Assembly (NCBI GenBank): GCA_017473605.1
Contig: JAFUKM010000008.1
Location: 26,881-90,880, forward strand
Source: Clostridia bacterium
Lineage (GTDB): Bacteria > Bacillota > Clostridia > Christensenellales > Borkfalkiaceae
Direction: 5' to 3'
Length of the DNA: 64,000 bases
Shown here: positions 8,092-17,034 of the stretch, piece after piece
Layout: the number at the start of each line of letters is the position of its first letter
How positions within the stretch are numbered: the stretch's first letter is position 1
The notes under the pieces: generated by a model
Told to the model about the DNA's origin: nothing
The model's database searches: none
What the model saw: the letters and a program-made list of their open reading frames with translations, nothing else
Position numbers and translations under genes: made by a program

Positions 8092-9933
8092 ATGAAAGAC
8101 AAAAAGAAAAAACAAAAATGCGTGTCGATTGGCGGTCAAGCGGTATTGGAAGGGGTAATGATGCGCGGGAAGTCGGTTATGGCGACTGCCGTGCGCGACC
8201 CCGAAGGAAAAATTCAAGTGGAATCGGAGCGGTTGGAGCCGCCTGAAAAAAAGAGCAGATTTTCTCGCTTGCCCTTTATTCGCGGCGTCGTCAATTTCGT
8301 ACACTCGCTTGTAGACGGAAATCGAATTTTAATGCGCAGCGCGGATGTCGCCGTGGGCGACGACGAACAGCCGACGAAAGCCGAGCAATGGCTTCGGGAA
8401 AAGCACAAAATCCATTTGGGGGATATTCTTAATTGGATATCCATCGTGCTTGGCGTAGGGCTTGCGCTCGTCATCTTTATTTGGCTTCCGCAATGGGTAA
8501 CGGGCTTTTTGCCTGCGGAAACTTTCGATAAAACGAGTACGGGTTGGTCGGGCTTTTGGTTCAATCTTACCGAAGGCGGAATCCGTTTGGGGATTTTTAT
8601 TCTATATATACTTTTCATATCCTTAATCCCGTCGCTGAAAAGAGTATTTATGTATCACGGCGCGGAGCATAAGACGATATCCTGTTTCGAAAGGGGCGAA
8701 GAGTTGACGGTGGAGAACGTAAAGAAATGTTCGCGCGTACACGATAGATGCGGCACGACGTTTTTATTTCTCGTGATGATAGTATCTATTCTCGTCTTTT
8801 CGCTTGCCAATATCGTGGTGGCGAGATGGCTGTATACGGACAACGATAAATTAAACGGCGTTATCCGTTTTGCGTTCAAATTGTTGATGCTTCCTATCGT
8901 AGCGGGCGTATCGTATGAAATTTTGCGGTTGCTTTCCAAGACGAAAAACAAATTTTTTCTTATTTTCAAAGCGCCCGGGTTGTTGTTGCAGCGTTTGACC
9001 ACGCGCGAACCGCAAGACGATATGATAGAATGCGCCATTACGGCTTTTAATACCGTTTTGGAAATGGAAGCCGACCCGACAATTCCCGAAAAGGTATTCG
9101 CGACGGCGGGCAAAATGAGTTTCCTTTTGAAAAACACCAAAAAACGTTTCTCGGCGGCGGATATCGAAGAAGACGAAGCGGAGTGGATTTTCGCGCTGAC
9201 TTTGGATATTCCCAAGAGTTCGGTGGCTACGGAAGAATATATCTTAAAAGTGGCGCAGGCAAAGGAAATTATCCGTATTGCGGACGAACGGTTGACGGGT
9301 AGACCGCTTTGGTATATCATCGGGGATACCGATTTTTACGGCTATACAATCAAAGTGGACGAAAGGGTATTGATTCCCCGTCCCGAAACGGAAGAACTTG
9401 CTTCGCTCGTTATCGGCGCAGCGGAAGAAGGACAAAGCGTGCTCGATTTATGCACGGGCAGCGGCGCAATAGCGATTGCGGTGTATAAAGAATTGGAAAA
9501 GCGCGGTACGCCCGTGAAAGTAACGGCGGTGGATATCAGCGCGGACGCGTTGGCGCTTGCGAAAGAGAACGCGGAAAATAACGGCGCGGACGTCACGTTC
9601 GTGCAATCCGATTTGTTCAAACGTTTACGCGGAAGATTCGACATTATCGTATCCAATCCGCCCTATATCCCGTCGGCGGATATTGAAGGCTTGCAAAGAG
9701 AAGTACGCGACTACGAGCCGCGTCTTGCATTGGACGGCGGCGCGGACGGGTTGGATATTTACCGCAAAATCGCGCAAGAAGCAATGAAATATCTCAATCG
9801 CGGCGGCACGCTGATTATGGAAGTGGGCGAAGGCGAAGCGGAAGCGGTTATCCGTATGTTCAAGAGCGTTTCCTATTCAATGATTATCAAAGATTTCAAC
9901 GGCGTAGACAGATACGTGAAAGTGGTTATTTAA
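8092..9933 (+). CDS. prmC: fusion protein: DUF1385 membrane domain + release-factor glutamine N5-methyltransferase PrmC/HemK
   Basis: The N-terminal half carries IGGQAVLEGVMMRG and YHGAEHK (DUF1385). The C-terminal half carries VLIPRPETE, LDLCTGSGAI and the NPPY catalytic motif (VSNPPYIP). It is a single uninterrupted 613-aa frame. Confidence 0.85.
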   Translation: MKDKKKKQKCVSIGGQAVLEGVMMRGKSVMATAVRDPEGKIQVESERLEPPEKKSRFSRLPFIRGVVNFVHSLVDGNRILMRSADVAVGDDEQPTKAEQWLREKHKIHLGDILNWISIVLGVGLALVIFIWLPQWVTGFLPAETFDKTSTGWSGFWFNLTEGGIRLGIFILYILFISLIPSLKRVFMYHGAEHKTISCFERGEELTVENVKKCSRVHDRCGTTFLFLVMIVSILVFSLANIVVARWLYTDNDKLNGVIRFAFKLLMLPIVAGVSYEILRLLSKTKNKFFLIFKAPGLLLQRLTTREPQDDMIECAITAFNTVLEMEADPTIPEKVFATAGKMSFLLKNTKKRFSAADIEEDEAEWIFALTLDIPKSSVATEEYILKVAQAKEIIRIADERLTGRPLWYIIGDTDFYGYTIKVDERVLIPRPETEELASLVIGAAEEGQSVLDLCTGSGAIAIAVYKELEKRGTPVKVTAVDISADALALAKENAENNGADVTFVQSDLFKRLRGRFDIIVSNPPYIPSADIEGLQREVRDYEPRLALDGGADGLDIYRKIAQEAMKYLNRGGTLIMEVGEGEAEAVIRMFKSVSYSMIIKDFNGVDRYVKVVI

Positions 9934-9944
9934 TCGGGGGAGTT

Positions 9945-11021
9945 ATGCTGAAAAAACTCGACGGCATTTTGAAACGGTACGAATTTTTATCGGAAAAGCT
10001 CGCCGATAGCGAAGTTATCGCGGATATGAGCGTTTGGCAAAAGTATTCCAAAGAACAGGCGGAGCTTACGGAAACGGCGGAAAAATATACGGAATATTTG
10101 GAAACGGAACGGCAAATGCAAGACGCGTTCACGTTGGCGGAAACGGAAACGGACGCGGAAATGCGCAAGCTGTTTTCCACCGAAGCGTACGACTGTAAGG
10201 AAAAGCTCGCCAATCTTTTAAGCGAGTTGAAGATATTGCTTTTGCCCAAGGACAAAAACGACGAAAGAAGCTGTATTTTGGAAATCCGCGCAGGCACGGG
10301 CGGCGAAGAAGCGGCGTTGTTTGCCGGCGAGCTTTGCCGTATGTATCAAAATTATTGCGCGGCGCACAGACTTCGCGTAGAAGAAATCGAAGTGAGCGCA
10401 ACCGAGCTTGGCGGCGTCAAGGAAGCGATTTTCGGGGTTACGGGCGCAGGCGCGTATAAACTGTTGAAATACGAAAGCGGCGTGCACCGCGTACAGCGCG
10501 TACCCGCAACGGAAACGCAAGGGCGAATTCATACTTCGGCGGCGACGGTTGCCGTGCTTCCCGAAGCGGAAGAAGTGGAAGTGGAAATCAACGACAAGGA
10601 TATCCGTATCGATATATTTCACTCTGGCGGGGCAGGCGGTCAAAACGTCAATAAAGTGGCTTCCGCCGTGCGTATCACGCATTTCCCTACGGGGATAGTG
10701 GTTACCTGCCAAGACGAGCGTTCGCAGCTCAAAAACAAAGAACGCGCTTTCAAGGTCTTGCGTTCGCGTATCTACGATTTTTATAACGGACAGAGTGCGA
10801 AAGCGAGGGAAGAGAACCGCCGCAGTATGGTAGGCACGGGGGATAGAAGCGAACGAATCCGCACCTACAATTTCCCGCAAAGCCGCGTAACCGACCATAG
10901 AATCGGGTTGAGTCAATACAATCTCGACGCGTTTATGACGGGTGATATCGATTCGATGGTGGAAGCGTTGGCGATAGCCGATAGAGAAGCGCTGTTGGCA
11001 AGCCAAGAAACCGAAAATTAA
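9945..11021 (+). CDS. prfA: peptide chain release factor 1
   Basis: PAT tripeptide (VPATETQGR) and GGQ motif (SGGAGGQNVNKV). Confidence 0.96.
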   Translation: MLKKLDGILKRYEFLSEKLADSEVIADMSVWQKYSKEQAELTETAEKYTEYLETERQMQDAFTLAETETDAEMRKLFSTEAYDCKEKLANLLSELKILLLPKDKNDERSCILEIRAGTGGEEAALFAGELCRMYQNYCAAHRLRVEEIEVSATELGGVKEAIFGVTGAGAYKLLKYESGVHRVQRVPATETQGRIHTSAATVAVLPEAEEVEVEINDKDIRIDIFHSGGAGGQNVNKVASAVRITHFPTGIVVTCQDERSQLKNKERAFKVLRSRIYDFYNGQSAKAREENRRSMVGTGDRSERIRTYNFPQSRVTDHRIGLSQYNLDAFMTGDIDSMVEALAIADREALLASQETEN

Positions 11022-11046
11022 AACAGGGCGTCCGCCCTGTTTTTTA
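11021..11046 (+). terminator. rho-independent terminator
   Basis: Stem ACAGGGCG / CGCCCTGT followed by TTTTT. Confidence 0.75.
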
Positions 11047-11116
11047 TGAAGAAATACGCCCCGCAAACCAAATTTTTTGCAGGGCGTATCGTTTAGGGAT
11101 GTGTGTATGGGCAAGG

Positions 11117-11398
11117 TTATTGGGCGTTCGTATGCGCGCGTTCACGCTTTTTATTGATAAAATACAACGCCAAATCTACGGTAACAAACGCAAGATTGAT
11201 AAGGTATAATGCAAAGACGTAGTTATAATTTCCGCCCAGCGCTTTGCCGATAATGCCTGCGATATATCCGATAATAATCGCAAACGTAAAAACGACGCTT
11301 TTGCCTTTCGTTGAACGGGATTTCAGACTTTTGTACACTGATATGGGCCAAGACAAACCGAAACATATTAACATGATGCTTTCAAATACGGTTACCAT
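11117..11398 (-). CDS. small 3-TM membrane protein, PQ-loop / semiSWEET-like
   Basis: ATG 11398 with AAGGAG 9 nt upstream. 93 aa. WPISVYKSLKSRSTKGKS resembles a PQ-loop motif. Confidence 0.45.
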   Translation of the reverse strand: MVTVFESIMLICFGLSWPISVYKSLKSRSTKGKSVVFTFAIIIGYIAGIIGKALGGNYNYVFALYLINLAFVTVDLALYFINKKRERAHTNAQ

Positions 11399-11507
11399 AG
11401 TAAAAAACTCCTTTCTTCTTGTTTTCCATACCATTATACGCTTGACTTTTGATAAAGTAAAATATATAATTATTATGAAAACGATAACGAACGGTTATGA
11501 ATTTATT

Positions 11508-11552
11508 AAAGTGAAGTTTCGGCTACACCGAAATGCGGAAAACTTCACTTAT
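11508..11552. repeat. inverted pair of the AACTTCACT family unit
   Basis: AGTGAAGTT (11510-11518) and AACTTCACT (11541-11549) can pair as a hairpin. The terminal ...CTTCACTTATAAAGG matches the ends of the other elements. Confidence 0.6.
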
Positions 11553-11564
11553 AAAGGGTGTATT

Positions 11565-12443
11565 ATGGAGCTTGCGAAATTACGGTATTTTTATACGGTG
11601 GCAAAGCTGGGGCACGTAACGAAGGCAGCGGAAGAAATCCACATTGCGCAGCCTGCGCTCACCAAGGCGATAAAACAGCTGGAAGAAGAGCTTGGCGCGC
11701 CGCTTTTTTATAAAAAGGGCAGAAATATTTATTTGACGGTGTTCGGGGAATATCTGAAAAATAAATTAGACGGGATATTGCCGCAAATCGACAATATCGG
11801 GAAGGAATTGCAAGCGCTTAAACAGGAACAGCGCAATACGGTAAAGCTCAACGTTTTGGCGGCGTCGACGGCGGTTACGGACGCAGTTGTGAGCTATAAA
11901 AAGAAGAACAAAGGCGTCGTTTTCCAGTTGATACAAAACGAAGAAGAAACCGATTGCGACGTATCGGTGAGTATGAAAACGGGGAATACGTCCGCGTTGC
12001 CCGTCTTTTTGAAACGGTATGAAATGGACGAGAATATCTATCTTGCCGTGCCGAAAAATTCGCCGTATGCGTCGAGCGAGCATATCTCGCTTATTGAAGT
12101 AAAGGAAGAAGGTTTCGTGCATTTGGCAGGCTCGCGCGTGTTCCGAACGGTATGCGATAAGTTTTGCGCTTTGGCAGGCTTTCAGCCGCATATTTCTTTT
12201 GAATCGGATTCGCCTATGGCGGTGCGGAATATCATCGGCGCGCACGCAGGCGTGGGGTTTTGGCCTGAATATTCTTGGGGTAAGGTATCGTCCGACGTCG
12301 TTTTGCTGCCGATAAACGAGCCGATTTGTCAAAGGGTGCTTGTTTTGGGGTTGCACGATAGCCCGACGCCGAGCACGGTTGCGGAAGATTTTTACGAGTA
12401 TCTCATTAAATTTTTGCAAAACCGCCGAAAACGGAAACCGTAA
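11565..12443 (+). CDS. LysR-family transcriptional regulator
   Basis: Start at the internal ATG 11565 (MELAKLRYFYTVAKLGHVTKAAEEIHIAQPALTKAIKQLE is a LysR HTH). Divergent from the PQ-loop-like gene. Confidence 0.85.
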   Translation: MELAKLRYFYTVAKLGHVTKAAEEIHIAQPALTKAIKQLEEELGAPLFYKKGRNIYLTVFGEYLKNKLDGILPQIDNIGKELQALKQEQRNTVKLNVLAASTAVTDAVVSYKKKNKGVVFQLIQNEEETDCDVSVSMKTGNTSALPVFLKRYEMDENIYLAVPKNSPYASSEHISLIEVKEEGFVHLAGSRVFRTVCDKFCALAGFQPHISFESDSPMAVRNIIGAHAGVGFWPEYSWGKVSSDVVLLPINEPICQRVLVLGLHDSPTPSTVAEDFYEYLIKFLQNRRKRKP

Positions 12444-12532
12444 ATTTACTTTTGAACGGGTTTTTTATTGATTTTTTCTTTGGCGTTTGGTATACTAATA
12501 CTTGAATTTAGAAAAGTAAGGATTGAAAGATT

Positions 12533-13813
12533 ATGGCAACGGGAGAATTTACCGATAAAGTAAGAATACTCATCAAAGCAGGGGACGGCGGCGACGGTAT
12601 GAATTCGTTTAAGGCGTTCAAGGGCAAGCCCGCGTGTGGACCTGACGGCGGCGACGGCGGTAAGGGCGGCGACGTATATTTCGTCGGGGATAAGGATATG
12701 AACGACTTGTTTCCCTTCCGTTTCACGTCCCGTTTTTTGGCGGAGAACGGAGAAGTGGGCGGTACGAACCGTTGTTTTGGTAAAAGCGGTAAAGACGTAT
12801 TTATCAAAGTTCCTTTGGGTACGCTCGTCCGCGACGAAGAGAGCGGAAGATTGATTTGCGACGTATTCGAAGACGGGCAACAGGTACTCGTAGCGCGCGG
12901 CGGCAACGGCGGCAAAGGGAACGTGCGTTTCACGACGGCGCGTAGACACGCGCCCAACTTCGCGCAAAAGGGCGAAAAGGTAAAACAGCATTACGTTATT
13001 TTGGAAATGAAAGTGATTGCGGACGTCGGGTTCGTAGGCTTTCCAAACGTAGGGAAAAGCACGCTGCTTTCCAAAATCTCGGCGGCTCGCCCGAAGATTG
13101 CCAACTATCATTTCACCACGCTTTCGCCCAATCTCGGCGTAGTGCGCTATTATGAAAAATCGTTTGTGGCGGCGGATATCCCGGGGCTTATCGAAGGCGC
13201 GGCGCAAGGCGCGGGCTTGGGACACGACTTTTTACGTCATATCGAACGCACCCGTATGCTTTGCCACGTCGTGGATATTTCCGGTTGCGAAGGACGCGAC
13301 CCGATAGAAGATTTTAAGAAAATCAACGAAGAATTGAAAGAATACAGCGAAGTGCTTGCAACGCTTCCGCAAATCGTCGTATGCAATAAGTGCGACGTTT
13401 ACGGCGCGGAAGATAACTTAAAGGCGTTTAAAAAGAAGTATGGAAGAAAGTACAAAATCTTCCCGATTACGGCGATTTCGGGCGACGGCACGAGAGCGCT
13501 TTTGGAAGGCGTTTTCGAAGTGCTCGATACCCTACCGCCCGTAGAACCCGTACCCGTAGACGAAGAATTCGAATACAAGGCGAACGAAGATTTGAGCTTT
13601 GAAATTTTCAAAGACGAAGACGGCGTGTACGTGGTTGTCGGCGGACTTATCGATATGCTTTGCAGGAACGTCGTATTGAACAATCCCGATTCTATGCAGT
13701 ATTTCCAAAAGATTTTACGGCTTCGCGGCGTTATCAAAGAGCTTTCGAAAATGGGCTGTAAGGAAGGGGATACGGTGTCCATCGGCGACGTCGAATTCGA
13801 CTTTATTCCGTAA
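12533..13813 (+). CDS. obg: GTPase Obg/CgtA
   Basis: Gly-rich Obg fold (GDGGDG..GGDGGKGGDV), G1 motif GFPNVGKST, C-terminal OCT domain. Confidence 0.96.
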   Translation: MATGEFTDKVRILIKAGDGGDGMNSFKAFKGKPACGPDGGDGGKGGDVYFVGDKDMNDLFPFRFTSRFLAENGEVGGTNRCFGKSGKDVFIKVPLGTLVRDEESGRLICDVFEDGQQVLVARGGNGGKGNVRFTTARRHAPNFAQKGEKVKQHYVILEMKVIADVGFVGFPNVGKSTLLSKISAARPKIANYHFTTLSPNLGVVRYYEKSFVAADIPGLIEGAAQGAGLGHDFLRHIERTRMLCHVVDISGCEGRDPIEDFKKINEELKEYSEVLATLPQIVVCNKCDVYGAEDNLKAFKKKYGRKYKIFPITAISGDGTRALLEGVFEVLDTLPPVEPVPVDEEFEYKANEDLSFEIFKDEDGVYVVVGGLIDMLCRNVVLNNPDSMQYFQKILRLRGVIKELSKMGCKEGDTVSIGDVEFDFIP

Positions 13814-13861
13814 GCGTTAAGCATGGCGTTATCGTAGACAAACTAAAAAAGGAAAATAATT

Positions 13862-14176
13862 ATGAATATTGTTACGAGTGAAAATATAACGAGCAAACAA
13901 AGAAGCAAATTAAAATCGATAGCGGCGAATTTATCGCCCGTTACGCAAATCGGGAAAGGCGGTATTACGGACAATTTATTGAAAACGCTTTCCGACGCAT
14001 TGGACGCGCACGAAATTATCAAGGTAAATATTTTGGAAACGGCGGACGACGACGTGAGAAATCTTGCGGACAACGTTGCCGAGCTTTTAGAAGCCGTACC
14101 CGTAGCGGTAATCGGCAGAAAAGCGATTTTTTACCGTTATTCCTCCCGCCAAAATTTTGCGCATTTAGAATTCTAA
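13862..14176 (+). CDS. yhbY: YhbY/CRS1-type RNA-binding protein
   Basis: LKSIAANL.P..QIGKGGIT signature. 104 aa. Confidence 0.85.
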   Translation: MNIVTSENITSKQRSKLKSIAANLSPVTQIGKGGITDNLLKTLSDALDAHEIIKVNILETADDDVRNLADNVAELLEAVPVAVIGRKAIFYRYSSRQNFAHLEF

Positions 14177-14243
14177 AAAAGCGTTTAGAAAAGGAAAATT
14201 TGCTTTATAAATAAGAGTAAAGAAAATAAAGGTCGGTTGAATT

Positions 14244-14795
14244 ATGGAAAACGAAGAATTGCAAGAAGAAATCAAGACGGAAGCGGCAGAACCCGTTTGT
14301 GAAAACAAGGACGAAAGCAAGCCCGAAAAGAAAAAGAGCGCGGCGAAAAAAGCGCAGGAAGAGCTTGCCAAAGCCTTGGAAGAAGCGGAAGAAAACAAAC
14401 GTAAATGGTACGCGGTAACCGCCGAATACGAAAACTACCGTCGCCGTACGCAAAACCAAGCGGCGCAGCGTTATAACGAAGGCAGAAACGACGTTTTGGC
14501 TTCGCTTTTCCCTATCGGGGACAATTTAGAACGCGCTTTAAGCTCGATTGCGGACGAGAACACCAAACAGGGCGTGGATATGGTGTTGAAAGCGTATAAA
14601 AAAGTATTGGAAGGGGAAGGCGTGGAAGAAATCAATCCCGTGGGCGAACCGTTCAATGCGGATATCGCGGAAGCGATTATGGCGATGCCGGCAGAAGAAG
14701 GGGAAGAGAGCGGAATTGTCAAGCAAGTCTACGTGAAAGGTTATAAAAAAGGAGATAAAGTTTTGCGTTACGCGCAAGTAATCGTTACGCAATAA
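14244..14795 (+). CDS. grpE: nucleotide exchange factor GrpE
   Basis: AEYENYRRRT and FPIGDNLERAL blocks. No hrcA, dnaK or dnaJ adjacent. Confidence 0.9.
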   Translation: MENEELQEEIKTEAAEPVCENKDESKPEKKKSAAKKAQEELAKALEEAEENKRKWYAVTAEYENYRRRTQNQAAQRYNEGRNDVLASLFPIGDNLERALSSIADENTKQGVDMVLKAYKKVLEGEGVEEINPVGEPFNADIAEAIMAMPAEEGEESGIVKQVYVKGYKKGDKVLRYAQVIVTQ

Positions 14796-14818
14796 TATAA
14801 TAAGGAAAGAAAAAACAA

Positions 14819-14852
14819 AAAGGAACAGGCAATCGAGCCTGTTCCTTTTTCT
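14819..14852 (+). terminator. rho-independent terminator
   Basis: Stem AGGAACAGGC / GCCTGTTCCT followed by TTTTT. Confidence 0.8.
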
Positions 14853-14998
14853 TGCGCAAATGTGGTGTAGTTGGCTTCATATTAAAAATTTTTCAAAAAA
14901 ATTCAAAAATTTACCAACCGTTTTGATTTTTGCGTTGTCTATATGGGTGTAAAGGGGTTGAGAAACCACAAAAAATAATCAAAAGGCGGTAAATAAAT

Positions 14999-16432
14999 AT
15001 GAAAAAGAACGGTATGAAATGGTTGGCACTTGGTATGGCTTCGTTAATGGGCGTGGGCTTCTTCGCTTGCGACGGAACGACGGGCGACGATACGACGGCT
15101 TCGGCGGACGGATATGCGTATATGGCAATCGATATCAATCCTACGGTGGAGTTCGTGTTGAAAGCAGATAAAGTCGTCAGCGTGGACGCGGTAAACGACG
15201 ACGCGGCGGTGCTTGTCAGCGAAGAAGAATTCGTGGGTATGACGGCGGAAGAAGCGAGCGAAACGGTGGTGGAACTTGCCGAACAGCTTGGTTATCTTAA
15301 CGAAGACAATGCAAACGTGAAAATTACGGTGGCGGCGGACGACGAAACGCAAACGGACGAATTGACGGATAAGGCGAAAAAAGGCGCGAAACGCGGCAGC
15401 GGTCTTGCAAAGGTAAACAGCGAACCCCGTACGGCGGATTGCAGAAAGGAAAAGAAACTCAAAGAAGAAAACCCCGAACTGTACGAAGGGATTAATCCTG
15501 CAAAAGTACGTCTTATCGAAGCGATTATGCGTTACGACGAAACGATGACGTACGAAACCGGTGCGGCGATGAGCTTTGACGAGCTTGCGGATTTGCTTGA
15601 AGATTACGTAGAAGAATATAAGGAGCTCGTAGGCGAACAGTTGCGCGAAGAATATAAGGCGGCGCTCGAAGCGAAGAAACAGGAAGCGGAACTTGCGATA
15701 GCGGAAAAGTACGGCGAAGAATACAAAGCGCAATGGGAAGCGTACCAAGCGGCGAAAGTAGCGTATAAAGCATTGGAAGAAAAAGCGGAAAATATGGTCA
15801 TTACGGCGGAAGACGTATCGGCGATTATGGAATTGCTCGGTATCGAAGACGCGGAGCTGATTTCCGTATCCGGCACGGTAACGGTGGATAGCGTAGATAA
15901 CTATCTTGACAAATACTGCGTAGAAGAATACGCGGCTTCCGAAGCGGAAGAAGAAGCGTTGGAAGCAATCGAAGACGCGGTGGAAGATATCCTTGACAAG
16001 TACGACGAAGACGAATACGTTTTGACGGAAGAAGATTTGACGGCGTTGCAAGCGACGCTCGGCGAAGAAATCGAATTGGAAGCAGGCGCGACGCTCGAAG
16101 ACTTGGAAGAAATCGTAGAAGATTTGGAAGAAGCGTTGGAAGAACTGCGTGAAGATATCCACTTGGATAAAGAAACGCACGAAGATATCTTCCGTTTGAA
16201 AGAAGATATGAAGGGTTTCAAGGAAGAAGCGCATAATGAATTGAAAGACCGTATCGAAGAAATCAAAAACCAATTCAAAGACGAAAAACAGGACAGAAAA
16301 GAATTATTCGAAGATGGCAAGCTTCCTGAACTTCCTTCCGATGAACAAGTAGAAGATACGACCACGGAAGGCACGACCGTCGAAGGTACGGTTACCGAAG
16401 ATACGACCACGGAAGAAGACGTAGCGGCGTAA
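14999..16432 (+). CDS. acidic lipoprotein, paralogous to the ectodomain of the downstream anti-sigma factor
   Basis: Signal peptide with a lipobox (GVGFFAC). DINPTVEF..VVSVDAVNDDA block. Long Glu/Asp-rich helical C-terminus. Confidence 0.7.
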   Translation: MKKNGMKWLALGMASLMGVGFFACDGTTGDDTTASADGYAYMAIDINPTVEFVLKADKVVSVDAVNDDAAVLVSEEEFVGMTAEEASETVVELAEQLGYLNEDNANVKITVAADDETQTDELTDKAKKGAKRGSGLAKVNSEPRTADCRKEKKLKEENPELYEGINPAKVRLIEAIMRYDETMTYETGAAMSFDELADLLEDYVEEYKELVGEQLREEYKAALEAKKQEAELAIAEKYGEEYKAQWEAYQAAKVAYKALEEKAENMVITAEDVSAIMELLGIEDAELISVSGTVTVDSVDNYLDKYCVEEYAASEAEEEALEAIEDAVEDILDKYDEDEYVLTEEDLTALQATLGEEIELEAGATLEDLEEIVEDLEEALEELREDIHLDKETHEDIFRLKEDMKGFKEEAHNELKDRIEEIKNQFKDEKQDRKELFEDGKLPELPSDEQVEDTTTEGTTVEGTVTEDTTTEEDVAA

Positions 16433-16525
16433 CGCTTGATTTTCGGTAAAAAATATGTTATACTATGCGTATAACGGAAAGGACGTAAGGCGAGCCGTTA
16501 TAGGCTCGCCTACAAAGGAAAAGAG

Positions 16526-17032
16526 ATGAATTTTGATAAGCTTGCCTTGAAGATAGCCGAACACGATAAACGGGCGTTCGAGCTGCTATACGAACAGACG
16601 CGACGACTTGTTTTCAGCGTTTGTTTGGGCGTAGTTAAAAATCAGGGCGTAGCGGAAGAGTTAACGCAAGAAACGTTCGTTACCGTTTGGCAACGAAGCG
16701 GCGAGTTCCGCGGAAACGGGTATAAAACGTGGATACTGACGGTGGCAAAGCACAAATCGATTAACGCGTTGAAGAAAAACCGACGGGAAACGCCCATCGA
16801 TTTTTTTGAGAACGAGCGCGCGGGCGGAAGCTATGAAGTGGACGCGGACACGGGTATCGTATTAAAGACGGCGTTACGGGCTTTGGACGACGACGAACGG
16901 CAAATCGTGTTGATGCGAAACGCGGGTCTAAAAGCCAAAGAAATTGCCGAAATGCTGGGTATACCGCGCGGCACGGTGTCGTGGAAATATGCGGAGGCAT
17001 TGAAAAAGCTCAAAAAACTGTTGGAGGGGTAG
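16526..17032 (+). CDS. ECF-type RNA polymerase sigma-70 family factor
   Basis: 168 aa. Region 2 (ELTQETFVTVW) and region 4 HTH (AKEIAEMLGIPRGTVSWKYAEALKKL). TTGATT-17-TATACT promoter upstream. Confidence 0.85.
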   Translation: MNFDKLALKIAEHDKRAFELLYEQTRRLVFSVCLGVVKNQGVAEELTQETFVTVWQRSGEFRGNGYKTWILTVAKHKSINALKKNRRETPIDFFENERAGGSYEVDADTGIVLKTALRALDDDERQIVLMRNAGLKAKEIAEMLGIPRGTVSWKYAEALKKLKKLLEG

Positions 17033-17034
17033 CA

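Noticed and set aside
8086-8094. TATAAT directly abutting the ATG of the DUF1385::prmC gene, as a promoter
   Set aside because: There is no room for a transcription start between the -10 and the ATG. It is more likely just an AT-rich initiation region on an rpmE read-through or upstream-initiated transcript.
10218-11114. 298-aa ORF antisense to prfA
   Set aside because: prfA is unambiguous (PAT, GGQ). The antisense frame is a codon-bias artefact.
11244-11564. N-terminal extension of the LysR gene (track start 11244)
   Set aside because: It overlaps the divergent membrane-protein gene and the shared promoter region. The LysR HTH begins right after ATG 11565.
15044-16273. 409-aa ORF antisense to the acidic lipoprotein gene
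   Set aside because: It is the mirror of GAA/GAC-rich codons (giving an F/R/V-rich product). It has no start context, and the sense strand has a signal peptide plus lipobox.
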